DNA of 64,000 nucleotides from Azolla caroliniana (GCA_043228905.1 JBHGNT010000006.1:16492001-16556000), one strand, 5' to 3'. Positions 1-14,261 are shown, counted from the stretch's first letter. Notes: generated by a model not told the origin, from the sequence alone. Numbers and translations: made by a program.

Positions 1-329
1 TGTTTTCTAATTAAATTAAAAGTCTTTTTTCGTTCATTTTAATGTTATGTTTTTTGTTTTCATCTAATTATTCTTTAATCGCCAAGACATTATCATGCCA
101 ATAGTGTGATTACCACTAATCATCTATCGAGACTTAACTATTGCAAATCTGAAAGGATTAGCGTGATCTCATTGAGAAGCATTCAAATCGGTTGATACAC
201 GAAATTTTTTCGTTGGCATGAGATTCGGATTTGGCACCAATTTTGTTTTTCAAAAAACAGCAGCCAAGCGAAAACTAACGAGAATCTGCGGAATAATCTT
301 CGGCCACAACCAAGACTTAGATCACTTAA

Positions 330-901
330 TGATAATCAAACACAGTAAAAAATGGAGAAATGGAAGTAAGTACACAAACAGAAGTGAATACACAGGATGT
401 TAACGTGGAAAACCCTAAACGGGAAAAACCACGGGAGCCCACAGACTCCAAACTATCACTATATGAGGAGAATACAATGAAGAACACAGAGGCAACAACC
501 TCGTCCTCACACTCTTCGCCTGTCGGCGGTTACAACAGAGACTTACTCTGTTTCTCTCTGTCTCTCTCTCTCTTTCTCTCTCTCAATTGCGCTCTGTACA
601 ACAGTTGCACACAATAACACTATACAACAAAATAATGACAACCCTCATCAAGAGTTTGCCTTAGGTCATATTTATACTAATATGACTTTCGGGCTATTTA
701 CAAATATAGCCCTACTGGGCTCTCTGGAACATATTTACATATATGTCCCTTCATCCGGTGGAGGTTCTCACCGGGCCTGCAACATCCGGTTCTCACCGGG
801 CCCTCATCATCCGGTTCTCACTGGGCCTTCATCATCCGGTTCTCACCAGGTCTTCATTGCCGGGTACTCATCTCCCATTCGAAGGGACCGAAATCCTAAC
901 A
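330..901 (-). mobile_element. Solo or partial Ty1/copia-type LTR
   Basis: Reverse complement resembles the copia LTRs at 31281 and 51549 (cccgtggtttttccc...agggttttccacg block, tgtt...ca ends). No clean TSD seen. Confidence 0.65.
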
Positions 902-904
902 AAA

Positions 905-1170
905 ATTTGTCGAGCGTAAAAGTCAACAAGTGAAAACTCGTCCAGTGTAAAAGTCGACAAGTGAAAACTAGTCGACTGTAAAAGTTGACGAGTGAAAAGT
1001 TTTCGAGAGAAAAATCATCACTTCTAAAAGTCTTTGAGTGTAAAGTTGACAAATGAAAACTCGTCAAATGTAAGAGGCAACAAGCGAAAAGACGATGAGT
1101 GAAAACTCGTTGAGTGTAAAAGTCGACAAGTGAAAAGACAACGAGTGTAAAAGCCGATGAGTGAAAACTG
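905..1170. repeat. Degenerate ~31-bp tandem repeat (gtgaaaactcgtcgagtgtaaaagtcgacaa-like)
   Basis: Repeated gtgaaaac / gtgtaaaagtcgac units are directly visible. Confidence 0.75.
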
Positions 1171-1279
1171 TTGGGAACAAGTGTTACCTAATGGACAAGT
1201 AAGACAAGGTGTGAAACGAGTCAAAGGGAGCCGAGCAATAAAAATCGAACAAAGGGAGCCGAGTATTAAGGAGGAACGG

Positions 1280-2400
1280 TGTCGTGAAGATCCGTCACTA
1301 CGCGCAGATCGTGAGGCGGAACCGCCGGGGTTCTGGACCGAAAGGACTCGAAGTTGGCACAAGCTTTAGCGGGAAAGGAATTAAGATAGATTGAAAGAGA
1401 GACATTGAGATAAGATAGAACGCTTGATTTTAGATTGAGAGAGAGATTAAGAACTCTTGACTTTAGATTTCAAGAACAAGGTATATCATCCAAAGGATAA
1501 CGAATTTTCTTCTTAATATTAATTTTGATTTAAAGTACAAAGCTTTTTTTTATCAAAAAATCCCCCCTCTTTTTACATTCTAATTTTTTATTATTTTCTT
1601 TTTTACCCTTCAATTTTACATTCCTTTCCTACCATCTGTCTCTTGGCTCCCACGTTGGTTCTCAACGCAACTGCCCAAGTCTCTAGATGGAGTGTCCTAC
1701 ATGGGTAACACCATCGTCCATCTCTTGGGTCTCACGTTGCCACATCGGCTTGAACTGCCCAAGTCTCTGGAACATGTGTGCTCCTCACATAGACACTCCT
1801 TCTACATTCTAATTTTTTACCTTTCAATTTTACATTCGTTTCCTACCATCATTCTCTTGGGTCCCACATTGGTTCTCAACGCAACTGCCCAAGTCTCTAG
1901 ATGGAGTGTGTCATTGGTTTGCTAAATCAACATACAATCTTCTTGTATCATGGGTTCGAATCCCATTTCCTACATGGGTATCACCACCGTCCATCTCTTG
2001 GGTCTCACATTGGCTTTCCACAACAGCCCAAGTCTTCGGAACATGTGTGCTCCTCACATAGACACAAAGATAATAACTTTTGCTCTACCTTATATATGGT
2101 GATAGCCTTATTCGTCCTGTCTATGTGGGATATCTCATAATTTTCTCTTTTTCTTTCGCAACTTCTTACCCACATAAGTTGACACTTAGATGTCCGTTTC
2201 GTATGTAGTAAAGTGCAACTCTTCAAGATCTTCGTCTTTTATATTAAGATATTAAACTTACTTAGAATTAGTATATTCACTATTATTGTTTTATATGATT
2301 GACACTTGATTTTGTACGTTTTATGTGATTTTCACAACATTGCCGAAAATCTTCACGACATCCACCCCCACCAAACCGCACATCCTCTGGTGCGTGCGAA
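1280..2400 (-). mobile_element. 3' LTR (1280-2360) plus PPT stub of a Phygy-like gypsy element
   Basis: TGTCGTG...CACGACA termini. 2361-2400 is the reverse complement of the PPT region seen at 49990-50026. Left flank is ACGG. Contains an internal ~200-bp duplication. Confidence 0.7.
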
Positions 2401-2497
2401 GAAGAGAGAAAGTGAGATTTCGGCAATGGTGATCAGCATGACTCCTCCACGTCCACCATGTCCTTTCCTTTGCACTCAAATCATGGTTACCATAACA

Positions 2498-3271
2498 CAA
2501 TTTGGCACGCCCGGTTCTAGCTGTGAGTAACAGCGTGCCCTAGGGGAATTTGCACTCGAACAAGGTCCCAACGTGCCGAACAAGAAGAGAGCGTGACCGA
2601 CTTAGCACTCATTGAGCAACCTCTACTGGAATTAGAAACCAAGTGAGCACTGCTTTCCGACGACAATAGCTCTCAGGTCGAACACCCCAACGACAACCAC
2701 TCACCTTGGGGGATACCGGAGGAGTCGGACATAGACACAATGCCTTAACCATATCCGAGATACCATGACGAAGTTGACGCGGAGGCACATGTCTGCACTT
2801 TCCTCATCACGTGGCAAGATAACCACATTTCCCAACGCTTAGGTGCGGCCGATGCGAGTATTCAACGGTTGAGTTCACACTGAGGTCGCATTGCCTGATC
2901 TATCATTCCCATTCCCATACCCTAGATCACTACGAGTATAATTGCTTAATTGAGCAACGGCTCTGGTGCGCCACATTGAGCCACGAAACGAACAAATATG
3001 GATCAAGGAGTGATTCCATCAACTGACTCATTTTCGAGACAACGAACGACCCCGATATGAGGACCGCATTCAGCAAGCAGAGGACAGATATGTTAATGAC
3101 CACTATGTCTATGACCGAGACCAATATGAGGAATATGTGCCTTGGTACCCACGAGGGTCACAGACAGAGAGGAGGCCTGCCGACAATGGTCGATTTGTGA
3201 ATAATCGGCAGTACGGCAGTAATAGGCACCACCATGACCATCGGCGTAGAGATGATGCTCGAGGGGGCCAT
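2498..3271 (+). pseudogene. PBS (tggcacgccc) and gag fragment of a Tat/Athila-like gypsy element
   Basis: PBS follows an ...aaca LTR end. Peptide DAEAHVCTFLITWQDNHISQRL resembles the gag at ~5710. Confidence 0.55.
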
Positions 3272-4452
3272 CGTTGATTTTGTGAGGAATCGTTCTTGGC
3301 CACAACCGAGGTCGAAACTCACTATGGAAGAAACAAATAAAACAGAAAATGAGACAACACAGTGTATTTACGTGGAAAAACTCGAGAGGCAAAACCACGG
3401 GAGTTCTTTGACTCGGAACATGATCATTATAAAGAAGAGGTATAACAATGTGTGACTCAGAGGCAACAACCTCGAGCTCTATCTTTGCCAACCAATGATT
3501 ACAATAAAAAAGCTTTATGTATCTCTCTCTCTCTCTCTCTTTGTACAACAATAACAATGATCACAACTACACACTCAACAGTATTACCCTAGTTATATTT
3601 ATACTTATATAACTTTGGCATTCTTTACAAATATGACCACAATAATCACATCGGAACATATTTACTAATATGTCTGGCTGAATAGAAACTGGATCCATCC
3701 GATCTGGTTCCTTCCTTCGACTCGTCCGGTCCGACTCGTCCCGTTCTCATCCGGATCCCATCTAGAGGGACCGGTTTCCCAACAAACAACCCCTTCACTC
3801 CGGCATGGGATGTCTCGTCAATCCAATTATTGTCCACCGGAGTTGAACTAGTGGGAAACTATGTAACGATCGAAGGGGGTCTAGGGGATAAGCGTAGCCT
3901 CGTAATAATGGAAGTGTTAGGAAGTATAAACGCATGTAACGCTCTGCGCACTGAGACTAACCGTCCATGCCCTGTATATATAAAGTGCATGGGAACACTG
4001 TAAGGGGGGTGTAGTTATTTTGTAAGTTGGAATATAGTTGTGTTGTCTTTTTGAACTGTGTGTTTATGCTAACCTTATGTATCTATGGAGGTGGTAATTA
4101 AGTGTGTTTGTGTAAAGAGCGGTGTCACGGTGCGAAGGAGCTCGGTTGTAGCCGTCTCCTGTACAACACTTCTTCCCTCGCTTATACCCCTGCGATGTAA
4201 AGATTAGGCATAATTTACTGCTCTAGACATTTTACACTCTCCATTCCCTTACCGCAATCTTCTTGAGCTGTACCCCGAAGGACTGAGGGTAGTCCGTGTT
4301 AACCTAGTCGGTAACACTTTTGGCATGCCTGGTGATCTGTGATTCTCATAGCAGAACATTAGGGAATGGATGTCTAACCTCGACGCACCTGAGAACCAGT
4401 TTGTCAAGATCAACCGAAAACCCGGTCCATAACCCCCAAGGCAAAAGAACGT

Positions 4453-5474
4453 TGTCGTGAAGAATGTGCTTCACGATATAAAAATGAGCTTAAATGTTGT
4501 ATTTAATAATATTTGAGAGACTTGAACCCACATCCTTATATACGAAATACAATGTACATATGTCGTGAAGAATGTGCTTCACGATATAAAAATGAGCTAA
4601 ATGTTGTATTTAATAATATTTGAGAGACTTGAACCCACATCCTTATATACGAAATACAATGTACATACCACTAGGCTAGGCTATTTATTTGTAAAAGTTT
4701 GTAATAAATGTGCTTCATGATATAAGAATGAAGCTATATATTGTATTAAGTAAAATTGAGAGACTTGAACTCTCAACCTTGTATGCCAAACACAGTATAC
4801 ACCACTAAGCTAGGTTAGTTATTTTAGAATGCATTTACATCATTATACTTATCCCATATCTATTTTCATACATGGGAGCTCAAGTGAGCATGATGGCTAC
4901 CATGCATCACGTGCAATACATGTGCGCCAAATGGCAATCATGCATTACATGTAACTCATGCATTGCATGCATGCCATGCTCCCATACATTATCATATGCA
5001 TGGCAACACTTATATAAAGAGGGGCAAGGAAAACAAGAGATAATCAAGAGAAAGTGAGAAAATAATACAATCAAGTAAAGAAGACTAGCTCATTGGGTGG
5101 AGAACCTCTCATTTTGAAGTTGAGGTCGTGGGCTCAAATCAAGGGTCGATAGAGAATGTGTTCAGTTTGCGATCAAGGATTGTAAAGTTGGTAAAATATT
5201 ATACTTTTAATATACATGAAATGTTTATATCATATACTCTTGTTCCTTGAATCATACTTTGTCTCAATCTCCTTTCTTGAATCATACATTGTCTCTATCT
5301 TTTATCTATGCTCGTCTCTCTCTCTCACACACACACATTACTCGTAACTCTTCTTCTTACTATTCTTAACCTTTCTAACATCACCATACAAGCCTTATTA
5401 AAATTTAAATTCCTTCAACTCCCCTTAACCTTAGTCCCTACGACTTCGCCACACGAACCACAACTACCCTGACA
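4453..5474 (+). mobile_element. Solo LTR of a Phygy-like gypsy family; 4-bp TSD ACGT/ACGC
   Basis: TGTCGTG...TGACA termini. The first ~108 bp are tandemly duplicated (4453-4560 / 4561-4667). Contains tRNA-like modules. Confidence 0.7.
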
Positions 5475-5669
5475 ACGCGCTACGCGAAAAGCACGCCGTA
5501 ACGATTTCTTTCCGACTCTCTTGGAGTATATGCTAGAATCGACGATCACCACACAAAGCGGTATGGGGTAGGCGATCCTATCTCCACTTGATCAGTCTAG
5601 TGAAACCACCACTTCACATACCCCCTTGCATCGCGTCAATAATACTTACCCAAGCACTAGCCTATTGAC

Positions 5670-6999
5670 CGGAATGACTTTCTCATACCCTCACTTCAGT
5701 GGAGATACCGACACTCAGGGCCACGCTAGTTCATTCCTAAATTTCTGGAACACGAACCATGTGTCGTAGCGGCTTCTGGAAGATGAAGCCCACACATCCA
5801 AAATCACAGAGTTTGGATTAACCCTGGATAGGTGAGCGGCTCGTTGGCATTCCCAGCTTGACATTACGTCATTCGTCTCCTTCGACCAGCTCCAATTGTC
5901 ATTTTTATGCTTATTTCATTGAAACATTCCCCAATGCGAGATCATCGGCCAGTTCTATACAACCAAATAGCTTCCGCAAGAGTTCGTGGCTGATTTCAGC
6001 CCGCGTTTGCAGAGTTTATGACGCCCGTTGATAAGAGCTCCTACAGAGGACGAAGCGAAAGAAACATTTTTGGCGGCATTGCGTCGATGCTAAATATGCA
6101 AAATTTAACGGGCCAAACAATGGAGACAGTTATAGAATGGGCCCTACAGCTTGAGTTAGAAGAGGAGGACGATGGGATAGCTATGACATCGCTACGTCAA
6201 GCATTACCGAGAGACGAAGAGTACCGCTTTTCGTAGCGGCCAGGCTGAGCCGCGCTCGTATAGAGGAAATCGCCAATCCTGAAATCAACAGCTCCACGTT
6301 GAGAGTTTGGAGGAAGAACGATGCCAGAATAATTGTCGCAAGTATCGCCAGAAGCCCCGTAACAACGGGCGGTTTCAGTGATCTCGGGAAGAACAGACAA
6401 CGCCTGTGGGGCCTGTGGCACCCCCAGTTGTCAAAAAAGGTGAGTCTAGTATCCATTTTTTTATTTGTCAACAACGAGGCCATTACGCGACTCAATGCCC
6501 ATGTCGCGATAAAGGAAAAGGGTCAGCAGTGAACACGATCACGACGGAAGTCCAACAAGTTACAACTCGTAGAAAGGCGAAAACCACGGACTAGGTGGAG
6601 CAAGACGAGATCTGAAAAGCTGCAAAAGCAAATGAAGCCAATGTGGAACGCATGCGGCAAGAATCCGGGCATACCGTTAGTTATGACCAAGAGACGGAAT
6701 TGGCGCCGGATCCGATATGGTAGGCATTTGCCGATTGCGAGATCATGCTAACAATGGACAAATTATTAAATTTAGTTACTTGTTTCCGACAGACTATGGA
6801 AAACCGAATACGGGAATTGAACGGAGTCTTGCACTCTTAGGCCTAGTCGTGGTTGATCATCATAATCCAACCATCAAGGTGGTGCTTCAAGGGCAGGAAA
6901 TCACGGGCTGCATTATCGACGACTGCTCTTGGGTGAACGTGATTAGTAAGGTCACGTGTAACCGGCTCGACATTACGGAATGCGAAGCCTCCCATTTTT
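5670..6999 (+). pseudogene. gag-protease remnant of the Tat/Athila-like element
   Basis: Retrotransposon gag motifs, CCHC knuckle at ~6460-6500, degenerate aspartic protease (GCIIDDCSWVNVIS). Many stops. Confidence 0.7.
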
Positions 7000-7325
7000 T
7001 GTCATGATATGACAAGATTCAAACCCATGACCTTATGTTACAAGGGGTGAGCCCTTACCATTAGACTATATATTGTAATACGAAGGATATTATTTTCATT
7101 TATTATTTCACTATAGAAAATTGATGTATATTTCCAGATCTCTCTGGAACATTCTAGAAACTTCAGGAGTACTATTGAAAACACTATAAAAGGAGGCACA
7201 AGGCATTATTTCGAACCAAATCGGTTCAACACCAGTCTTAAGCCTCATAACTACTCTTGTACTTACTCTCCATATAATATAATATATCTTTTGTTATCAT
7301 CATTCTCTCTCTCCCTTGATCACTC

Positions 7326-7358
<33 letters not shown>

Positions 7359-7758
7359 CCCCTTCTCGTGAGTTCTACACCCTTTTCTCTCTCTTAGTAC
7401 TAGCTCGCATCTTTTAGTACTAATTCCCTCTTTGTATTAGTTTTGTTCCTTGACAGTTTGAACCGATTTGTTCTCATCCTCTTACCCCTCCTTCCTTTCA
7501 TACTAATCCTCTTATCCTCCCTAATAAAATGGCAACTGTTTAGCACTCAGGAATACCAATCTGTTTTCTCGGAGTTTCAATGCTTAAAAGAAAAGTTTGT
7601 AGCACTAGAACAAGAAAATCACTGTCTGTTGGGGGATCTTCAACAAATAGCTTTAGAAAAACAACAACAACACGGGGAGCTAGAACATGAAAATCACCGT
7701 CTATTGGGGGATCTTCAACAAATAGTTTTAGAAAAACAACAACACAGGGAGCTGACAT

Positions 7759-8904
7759 TACGTTATTGTAGTGTAATTCACACACTAGTGAAATATATAA
7801 GAAATATCCGATTATGTATGCATAAAGAAATAAAAGAAAATATTAAAATATATGTTACATGCATAGGGAAAGATTCAAACCTTGTACCTCCATGTAAACA
7901 AACCCCAAACCTTATTGTAAAGAATTGATGGTGATTCTTGTGTAGCGGAATAGATATCTGTGTGTGTGTGAGAGAGAGAGAGAGAAAAATAGAGGAGAGA
8001 AGAGAACACAAGATAGATAGATAAGAACACAATGAAGTACTCAAGAAGAAGATGTATATTCACAAGTAGAATAAGAGATACAAAAGTGTAGCATTACAAG
8101 GAGTCACAACCGACTTAGTATGAAGTATGAGGAGGGTGCTTAATATAGAGTCACCCTCTCTCTTCATTAACTTACAACAACCACTATCTCTCTTGGGGAA
8201 TGTGAAGAATCATAGTCATGGGGACTATGTAACTCATTAGTTATGTGTCCTAGAATATGATTATACGACACATAGTTAATGTGTAGAGAGTAGTGGTGTG
8301 ACTCTTGACCTTTGAGTAATCATGGATTCTCAAAAGGTGTGTTCACACGTTGCACTATGTTAAGCTTGATTCTCAACACTTACCATTGTACTAAGGTATC
8401 ATAAGTGATCTAAATATAGATTTAATAGGTATTAGAGTGCGTAAAACCTTTATTTAGAAGAAAAACGCAAACAAAGAAAAAGTTACTCATGCACGTCTAG
8501 AGTGCATGAGCACTATATTTAGAAATTAAAAGCATGGTAGAAAAAGCTATTTAGGGACATCTAGTGGCATGAACACTTTAGAAAAGCATTATGCTAGGTT
8601 TAGCCTCTTCTATCACTATATAAGGAAGAGAGAAAAATGTATATGGTTGTTAATTTTTTATAAGGGTTGATTAATATATTATATTCGTGGGATTCACGAA
8701 TTTTCCATCTATTTCTCTCTTGCAATTTAAATTCATATTCTTTCCTAAACATTAATTAATACACTAACTCGTGGGATTCACGAGTTTCATATCATTCCGT
8801 CTTATAATCTATTCATATTCATAACTAAACTCGTCTCAAATTCTTCCTTCTCCTTGCGGTTCTAACCTGACTCACGCAACGATACGGGGCCAAAAGGCAC
8901 GACA
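7759..8904. mobile_element. Solo LTR (Phygy-like) inserted in the chromovirus gag; TSD ACAT
   Basis: Ends in cacgaca. ACAT at 7755-7758 and 8905-8908. Gag coding resumes after 8908. The 5' end is degraded. Confidence 0.55.
7916..8378 (-). mobile_element. Solo LTR (copia-like) nested in the previous solo LTR; TSD CTTAT/CTTAC
   Basis: TG..CA termini and near-identical 5-bp flanks at 7911-7915 and 8379-8383. Confidence 0.7.
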
Positions 8905-8908
8905 ACAT

Positions 8909-11900
8909 GTAGAAAAACTTGAAGAGACTATTGTATCACTACAAACAAGGATCAAGTACTCAAGGGACTCACAAAGAACCCAAGATCGGACTTCCTATGA
9001 AATTTGATGGGACCCAATCTTAGTTCGTTTTGGCCTACATAATGATGTCAAGGACTTACTCTTAACTTTCCCCGAAGAGCCAAAGTCATTGACAGAAGCA
9101 ATTAGTCGCGCAGTGCGATGCGATAACTACCTTTTCGAACGACATTCGGAATGTCAGTTCTAGATGCCAAGGACAAGATCAGAGCCCACCTACGCCTCAG
9201 ATGTAGCAAAACCTTTTCGAAGTGAGTCATATAATGTGTTTCTAGCAAATACTCCAACTCCGATGGAAATCGACACCACACATCGTACCGGAGCATTATC
9301 GGAAGAGAAAAAGCAGTGACACCGAGCAAATTGACTATGTCTCTATTGCGGTGGACTAGTGCATATTGCGGTGAACTATCCCCATAGGCCAAGAAGACAG
9401 GGAAACCAAATAGTTGCTAGTTCTAATTCTACTAAACTCGAGTCTGTTTCAGTAGGAATATATGATAGTCCTAATAGTACTAATAACCCAAACCTTTCAA
9501 ACAAATTTGAAATCCTTAGTCAACTAGAAGAAGAGTTAAACGATTAAGTCTAGCCAAAATAAGAGCCATTTGGTTGGACAGCCCTAGATCTGTGCAGCCC
9601 ATTAGTGGTTCCATTTCCTCTAAGCAAGTTAGCAATGTGTTCTTAGCTCAAGTAATGGTTAGTACTAAAAGTACTCATCTAGTACATGTCTTAACACTCT
9701 TAGATTCCGGATCCAACTCTTGCTCATGGATAGGATATTTGCCCAAGTTCATAAGATATCCCTAAGAAACCTTCCTCTCCAACCGACGCACCCATTTTCT
9801 TTGTCAAGAAAAAGGATGGATCATTTCTTCTCGTCGTAGACTATCGCGGCTTGAATAAGGTCACCAACAGGAACATGTATGCACTTCCCCTTATCTCAAG
9901 TCTTTTAGAACGGATCAATGGTGCAAGGTTCTTCACAAAGATTGACTTACAAGGAGCATATAACCTCGTACGGATCTGACTAGTAGATGAATGGAAGACC
10001 ATGTTCCACACCAGATATGGGCACTTCGAGTATATGGTCATGTCATTCAGTCTCACTAATGCACCAACAGTCTTCCAGCACATGGCAAATGATATATTCT
10101 GAGATCTCGTGGATTTTCATTTGATCATCTATTTGGATGATCTACTGGTTTATTCGAAGACCCAAGAAGAGCATGATTCTCATGTACTATTAGTACTAAA
10201 ATGGCTTCGAGAACATGGTCTTTATGCAAAACTAGAAAAATGTAGCTTCGAGTGCAACCAGGTGAAATTTCTGGGCTATGTCATCTCCTTGGAAGGCATC
10301 TCTATGGATCTAGCTAAGGTCAAAACTGTGATAGAATGGCAAACTCCATGTTCGTTGCGAGATGTGCAATGCTCTTAGGCTTTGCCAATTCTTACCGCAA
10401 GTTTATACATGATTACTCAAAGCTTATTCCGCCTCTCACACAGCTTACCAAGAAGGGGCAATTGTTTGTTTGGTCTAGAGAAGCGAACATGGCTTTTCAG
10501 AGTCTTAAGAAGGCATTCACATCAGCTCCTATTCTAACTCATGTTGATCCGGCAAAACCTTTCATCATTGAGGCAAACATGTCAGATTTCGCTTTGGGTA
10601 GCATTTTGTCACAATAAGGCAATGATGAAAAGCTACGAGGGTTTTCGATATACCATTGGATTCCCACATTATCGATACCATACGTGAGGACTTGAAGATA
10701 GATGCTTTCGCTCAAGCCATTCTAGCACAAATTGATCCCTCTTGGGTATCATGTTCACAGTCACAACAACTAGGTACGGATTATCGACAATTCGAATGTC
10801 ATGATAGATTACTATTCTTTAAGAAGCTTTTGTATGTTCCTAATGGTTCTTGTCGCCTTCGAGTAGTCCAAAATTGTCATGACACATATACAACTAGGCA
10901 TTTTGGTAGTACTAAAACGTTAGATTTAGTACAACGATCATTCTGGTGGCCCCATATTCGACGCTTTGTCGAAGATTATGTTCAGACATGTGATACATGT
11001 TGCAGAGCAAAGATGCCAAGATATCATCCATATAGTTTTTTGGAACCATTACCAATTCCAAGCAAGCCATGACAATCCATTGCTCTAAATTTCATCATAG
11101 ATCTTCCAATGTCTAAGGGATTCAATGCGATCTTAACAGTAGTAGATCAATATACGAAGATCAATGCCATGTACTACGGTAATCACTAGTGAAGAAACCA
11201 CCGAAACTGTCATGCATGCGGTATGTCGGCATCATGACCTCCCCAATAGTATCATTAGCGACCGTGGACCCCAGTTCGTCTCGAAATTCTGAAAGCACCT
11301 CTTCAAAATGCTCAAGGTCACTTGTAACCTCTCCTCCGGCTACCACCCGCAAATAGACGGACAACCAGAACGAACAAGTCAAATGCTAGAACAATATCTT
11401 CGGTGTTTTCTACGCTATCATCAAGATGGTTGGGCAGATATTCTCCACTTTGTCGAATTTGAGTATAATAACTCTGTCCACTCATCGACTAAGGTTACAC
11501 CATTTTATGCTTATACGGGCTATCATCCCTGGTGGTGTGTATTCGAAACTCCGGAGTTACCCACAAATCCTTGTGTAGAGTATCATTTGGAGCGGTTACG
11601 CAAGATACATGTGTATTTATCTACTCATTTACAACAAGCTCAACAAACACACAAGGATTATGCAGATCGTCATCAGTTTCCATCTAGTTTTAACATTGGA
11701 GATCAGGTATGGCTATTACGACGACACATCAAGACTACTCGCCCATGCGATAAATTGGATTATCGGGGATTGGGTCCTTTCCGTATTATTGGAAAAATTA
11801 ATGATTTCGCTTTTCGTCTTGATCTACCTCCACAACTACAAATACATCTAGTATTTCATAGTTCTCTTCTAGAACCCTATCAAGAAAACACTATCCCAGG

Positions 11901-12150
11901 TCGTATTAAACCACCTCCACCTCCGATCGAACTTGAAGATGGACGTGAGTATGAGGTTGCCGCCATCATCGATTCCAAGATTGCTCGCAACAAGCTCTAC
12001 TATTTGGTCGATTGGCTAGCATATAGCCCTAGCAAGCGTACTTGGGAACCAATAGAGATTGTGACCAATGCTCGTGCTCTTCGTGAAGCCTTCCATCGTC
12101 AATATGCAGACAAACCGGGTCCTCAATCCAAAACGACTTGTAACACTCGT
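8909..12150 (+). pseudogene. Chromovirus gag-pol remnant (gag C-term, PR, RT, RH part, INT, chromodomain)
   Basis: ORF fragments 10109-10378 (IYLDDLLVYS), 10336-10617, 10656-11072 and 11308-12186. Confidence 0.85.
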
Positions 12151-12453
12151 CGTTTATTATTATTTTCATTTATTATTTCACTATAGAAAATTGATGTGTA
12201 TTTCCAAATTTCTTTGGAATATTCTAGAAACTTCCGGAGTACTCCTGAAAACACTATATATAAGGAGGCACAAGGCATTATTTTGAACCAAATCATAGTG
12301 TCTTAGGAATACTCTAGAAATGTGGCTTAGGAATACTCTTGACATTTCTAGTATGTTCTAGAGAAATCTAGAATATACATGGATTTCCTAAGTGAAATAA
12401 TAAATGGAAATAATATTTTTTGTATTATAATGTATAGTTTAATACTCTTGACA

Positions 12454-13267
12454 ACACCGCGGCTTCCACGACCAAATTCTTGTATGAGCACATTTGGTGT
12501 CGGTTTGGTTGTCCTATCGAGCTCATTAGCAATCAAGGAAGCCATTTTCTGAATACGGTCAACCACGATCTCACCAAACATTACGCCGTAGTTCATAAGA
12601 ATAACATGTATTATCTACAGGCCAATGGTCTCGCGGAGTCGACGAATAAAGCACTCCATAATATCTTGAAAAAGATTGTCAACAACAACCGTACGGATTG
12701 GGACACAAAGTTGCATAGTGCCCTTGGGTGTACCACACCAGCTTCAAAACTAGCGTCCAATCAACACCATTCCGATTGGCCTTCGGCGTAGAATCCATAA
12801 TGCTTGTAGAGTTTCAGGTACCGAGTTTATGCATAGAGGTCCGCGAACGCCTTTCGGAGAGACAGTCTGAACAAATCCGCTTACAACAACTACTCGAACT
12901 GGGGGAAGACAGAGTGCACAACATGGCAATTTTGGAGCACGAGCAATGGTGGCGGAAGGCATTCGTGAACCGGTACTGCGGCACCAACGCAAATTACTTT
13001 GAGATGGGAAAATCGGTCCTTGTATTCCAAAATCGCATGGGACAGATGCTGGGAAAATTGCATTTCCATTGGATGGGGCTGTATTGGATAGTAGGAGTTG
13101 AAAATGGAACATTCGTACGGGGCACCCACGTAGGGGAAGTACTATGCCAGAAGGTCAATGGGTTCCAACTAAAGCCGTATTGGGGACCCACACCACCCAA
13201 CCCTTTCCACATCAAGACTAACAATCAGACCGCTTCCCCGTCGGAGGCGGAGGGGAATGGCCACTAA
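12454..13267 (+). pseudogene. Integrase C-terminal half of the Tat/Athila-like element
   Basis: CRFGCPIELISNQGSHF, QANGLAESTNK, GPY/F-like and VNGFQLKPY motifs; frameshifted. Confidence 0.85.
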
Positions 13268-13903
13268 TAGGGCCCACTTGTAAAAATATGTAACGATAGT
13301 GTACCATAAGGCCAACCATAACCGTTAGGTTTGAAATGAAAAAAAGTAAAAGAAAGAAAGAAAAAAAGAAAAAAAGAAAAGTCATGACTATTAAAAGGAG
13401 CACATGCACACAGTTTCCAAGAAAGGGAGAACATGCGTCCATAGGATGACTCGCATAATCTTGAACCCTAACTCCTCATCTTCACAAAAAGAAGAAACAC
13501 GCCATTTACCTGCATATTTCGGAAAACACTCCCAAGCTTTCTTCTTTTCTCGCTCTCCTCGCTCCCCCTTACTCCCCTCGCTCTTAACGTTCCCCTCGCT
13601 CACCTCATCATCACAGAAAATCCATCTTGTGAACCTTGCGTCCTAGTCGTTCCCCTCGATCAGCTCGATCGGACGACATGACGATAGATATCTCCCCCGC
13701 TATGCAACGATGGTTACACGACAAGGGCCTCAAAGGTTACATTCGGGTAGTAGAAGCTCCACCCCACTCGGACGCCTAGGATGTGGCAAGAAAACTCAAC
13801 ATCGACACAATCACAAATGCCAACATCAGGAAAAAACTGGCAAACATCACTTCAAAATCCCTCAGGGATTCTCAAACGATACTTCAGGGAATATTCAACC
13901 TCA

Positions 13904-13940
13904 AACACGTTCACGTTCACAAGTGGAAGGATCGCGCATT
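13904..13940 (+). repeat. Left terminal inverted repeat
   Basis: aacacgttcacgttcacaagtggaaggatcgcgcatt. Confidence 0.93.
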
Positions 13941-14261
13941 AATGGAAGGGTAAGGGAAATTTTAGGGGTTTTTCAATGATTTTACAAAACGTATTGATAC
14001 CAGTATCATACATGTTCAAACATACTATGAAAAAGGTTAAAAATCCACTATTTTCGTGATTTAGAAGTAACTAAAAAAAGACGAATTTCAAAAAGATACA
14101 TTCTCAATTTATATCACAAACTTTACAACCAATGTTATTTTATAAGAAACGATTTTTTAGAAATCATAAGAATTCAAAACACATGATTTTATATTACTCG
14201 ATTTGTTACAAGCGGAATGTAGTTACACTTAATAGCCAAATATACATTCATGATCACTCCT

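Larger units (their letters stand above)
7000..12294 (+). mobile_element. Chromovirus (Tcn1-like) gypsy element; 5' LTR 7000-7455, truncated 3' LTR ~12152-12294
   Basis: TG..CA LTR, gag, protease (LDSGS), RT (YLDD), integrase and C-terminal chromodomain EYEVAAIIDSK...YLVDWLAY...TWEP. Self-complementary PBS. Disrupted by stops and deletions. Confidence 0.85.

Noticed and set aside
7443-7928. Membrane/coiled-coil host gene
   Set aside because: A chimera of chromovirus leader, gag N-terminus and an inserted solo LTR.
13958-13972. Plant telomere repeat (tttaggg)
   Set aside because: A single copy, expected by chance.
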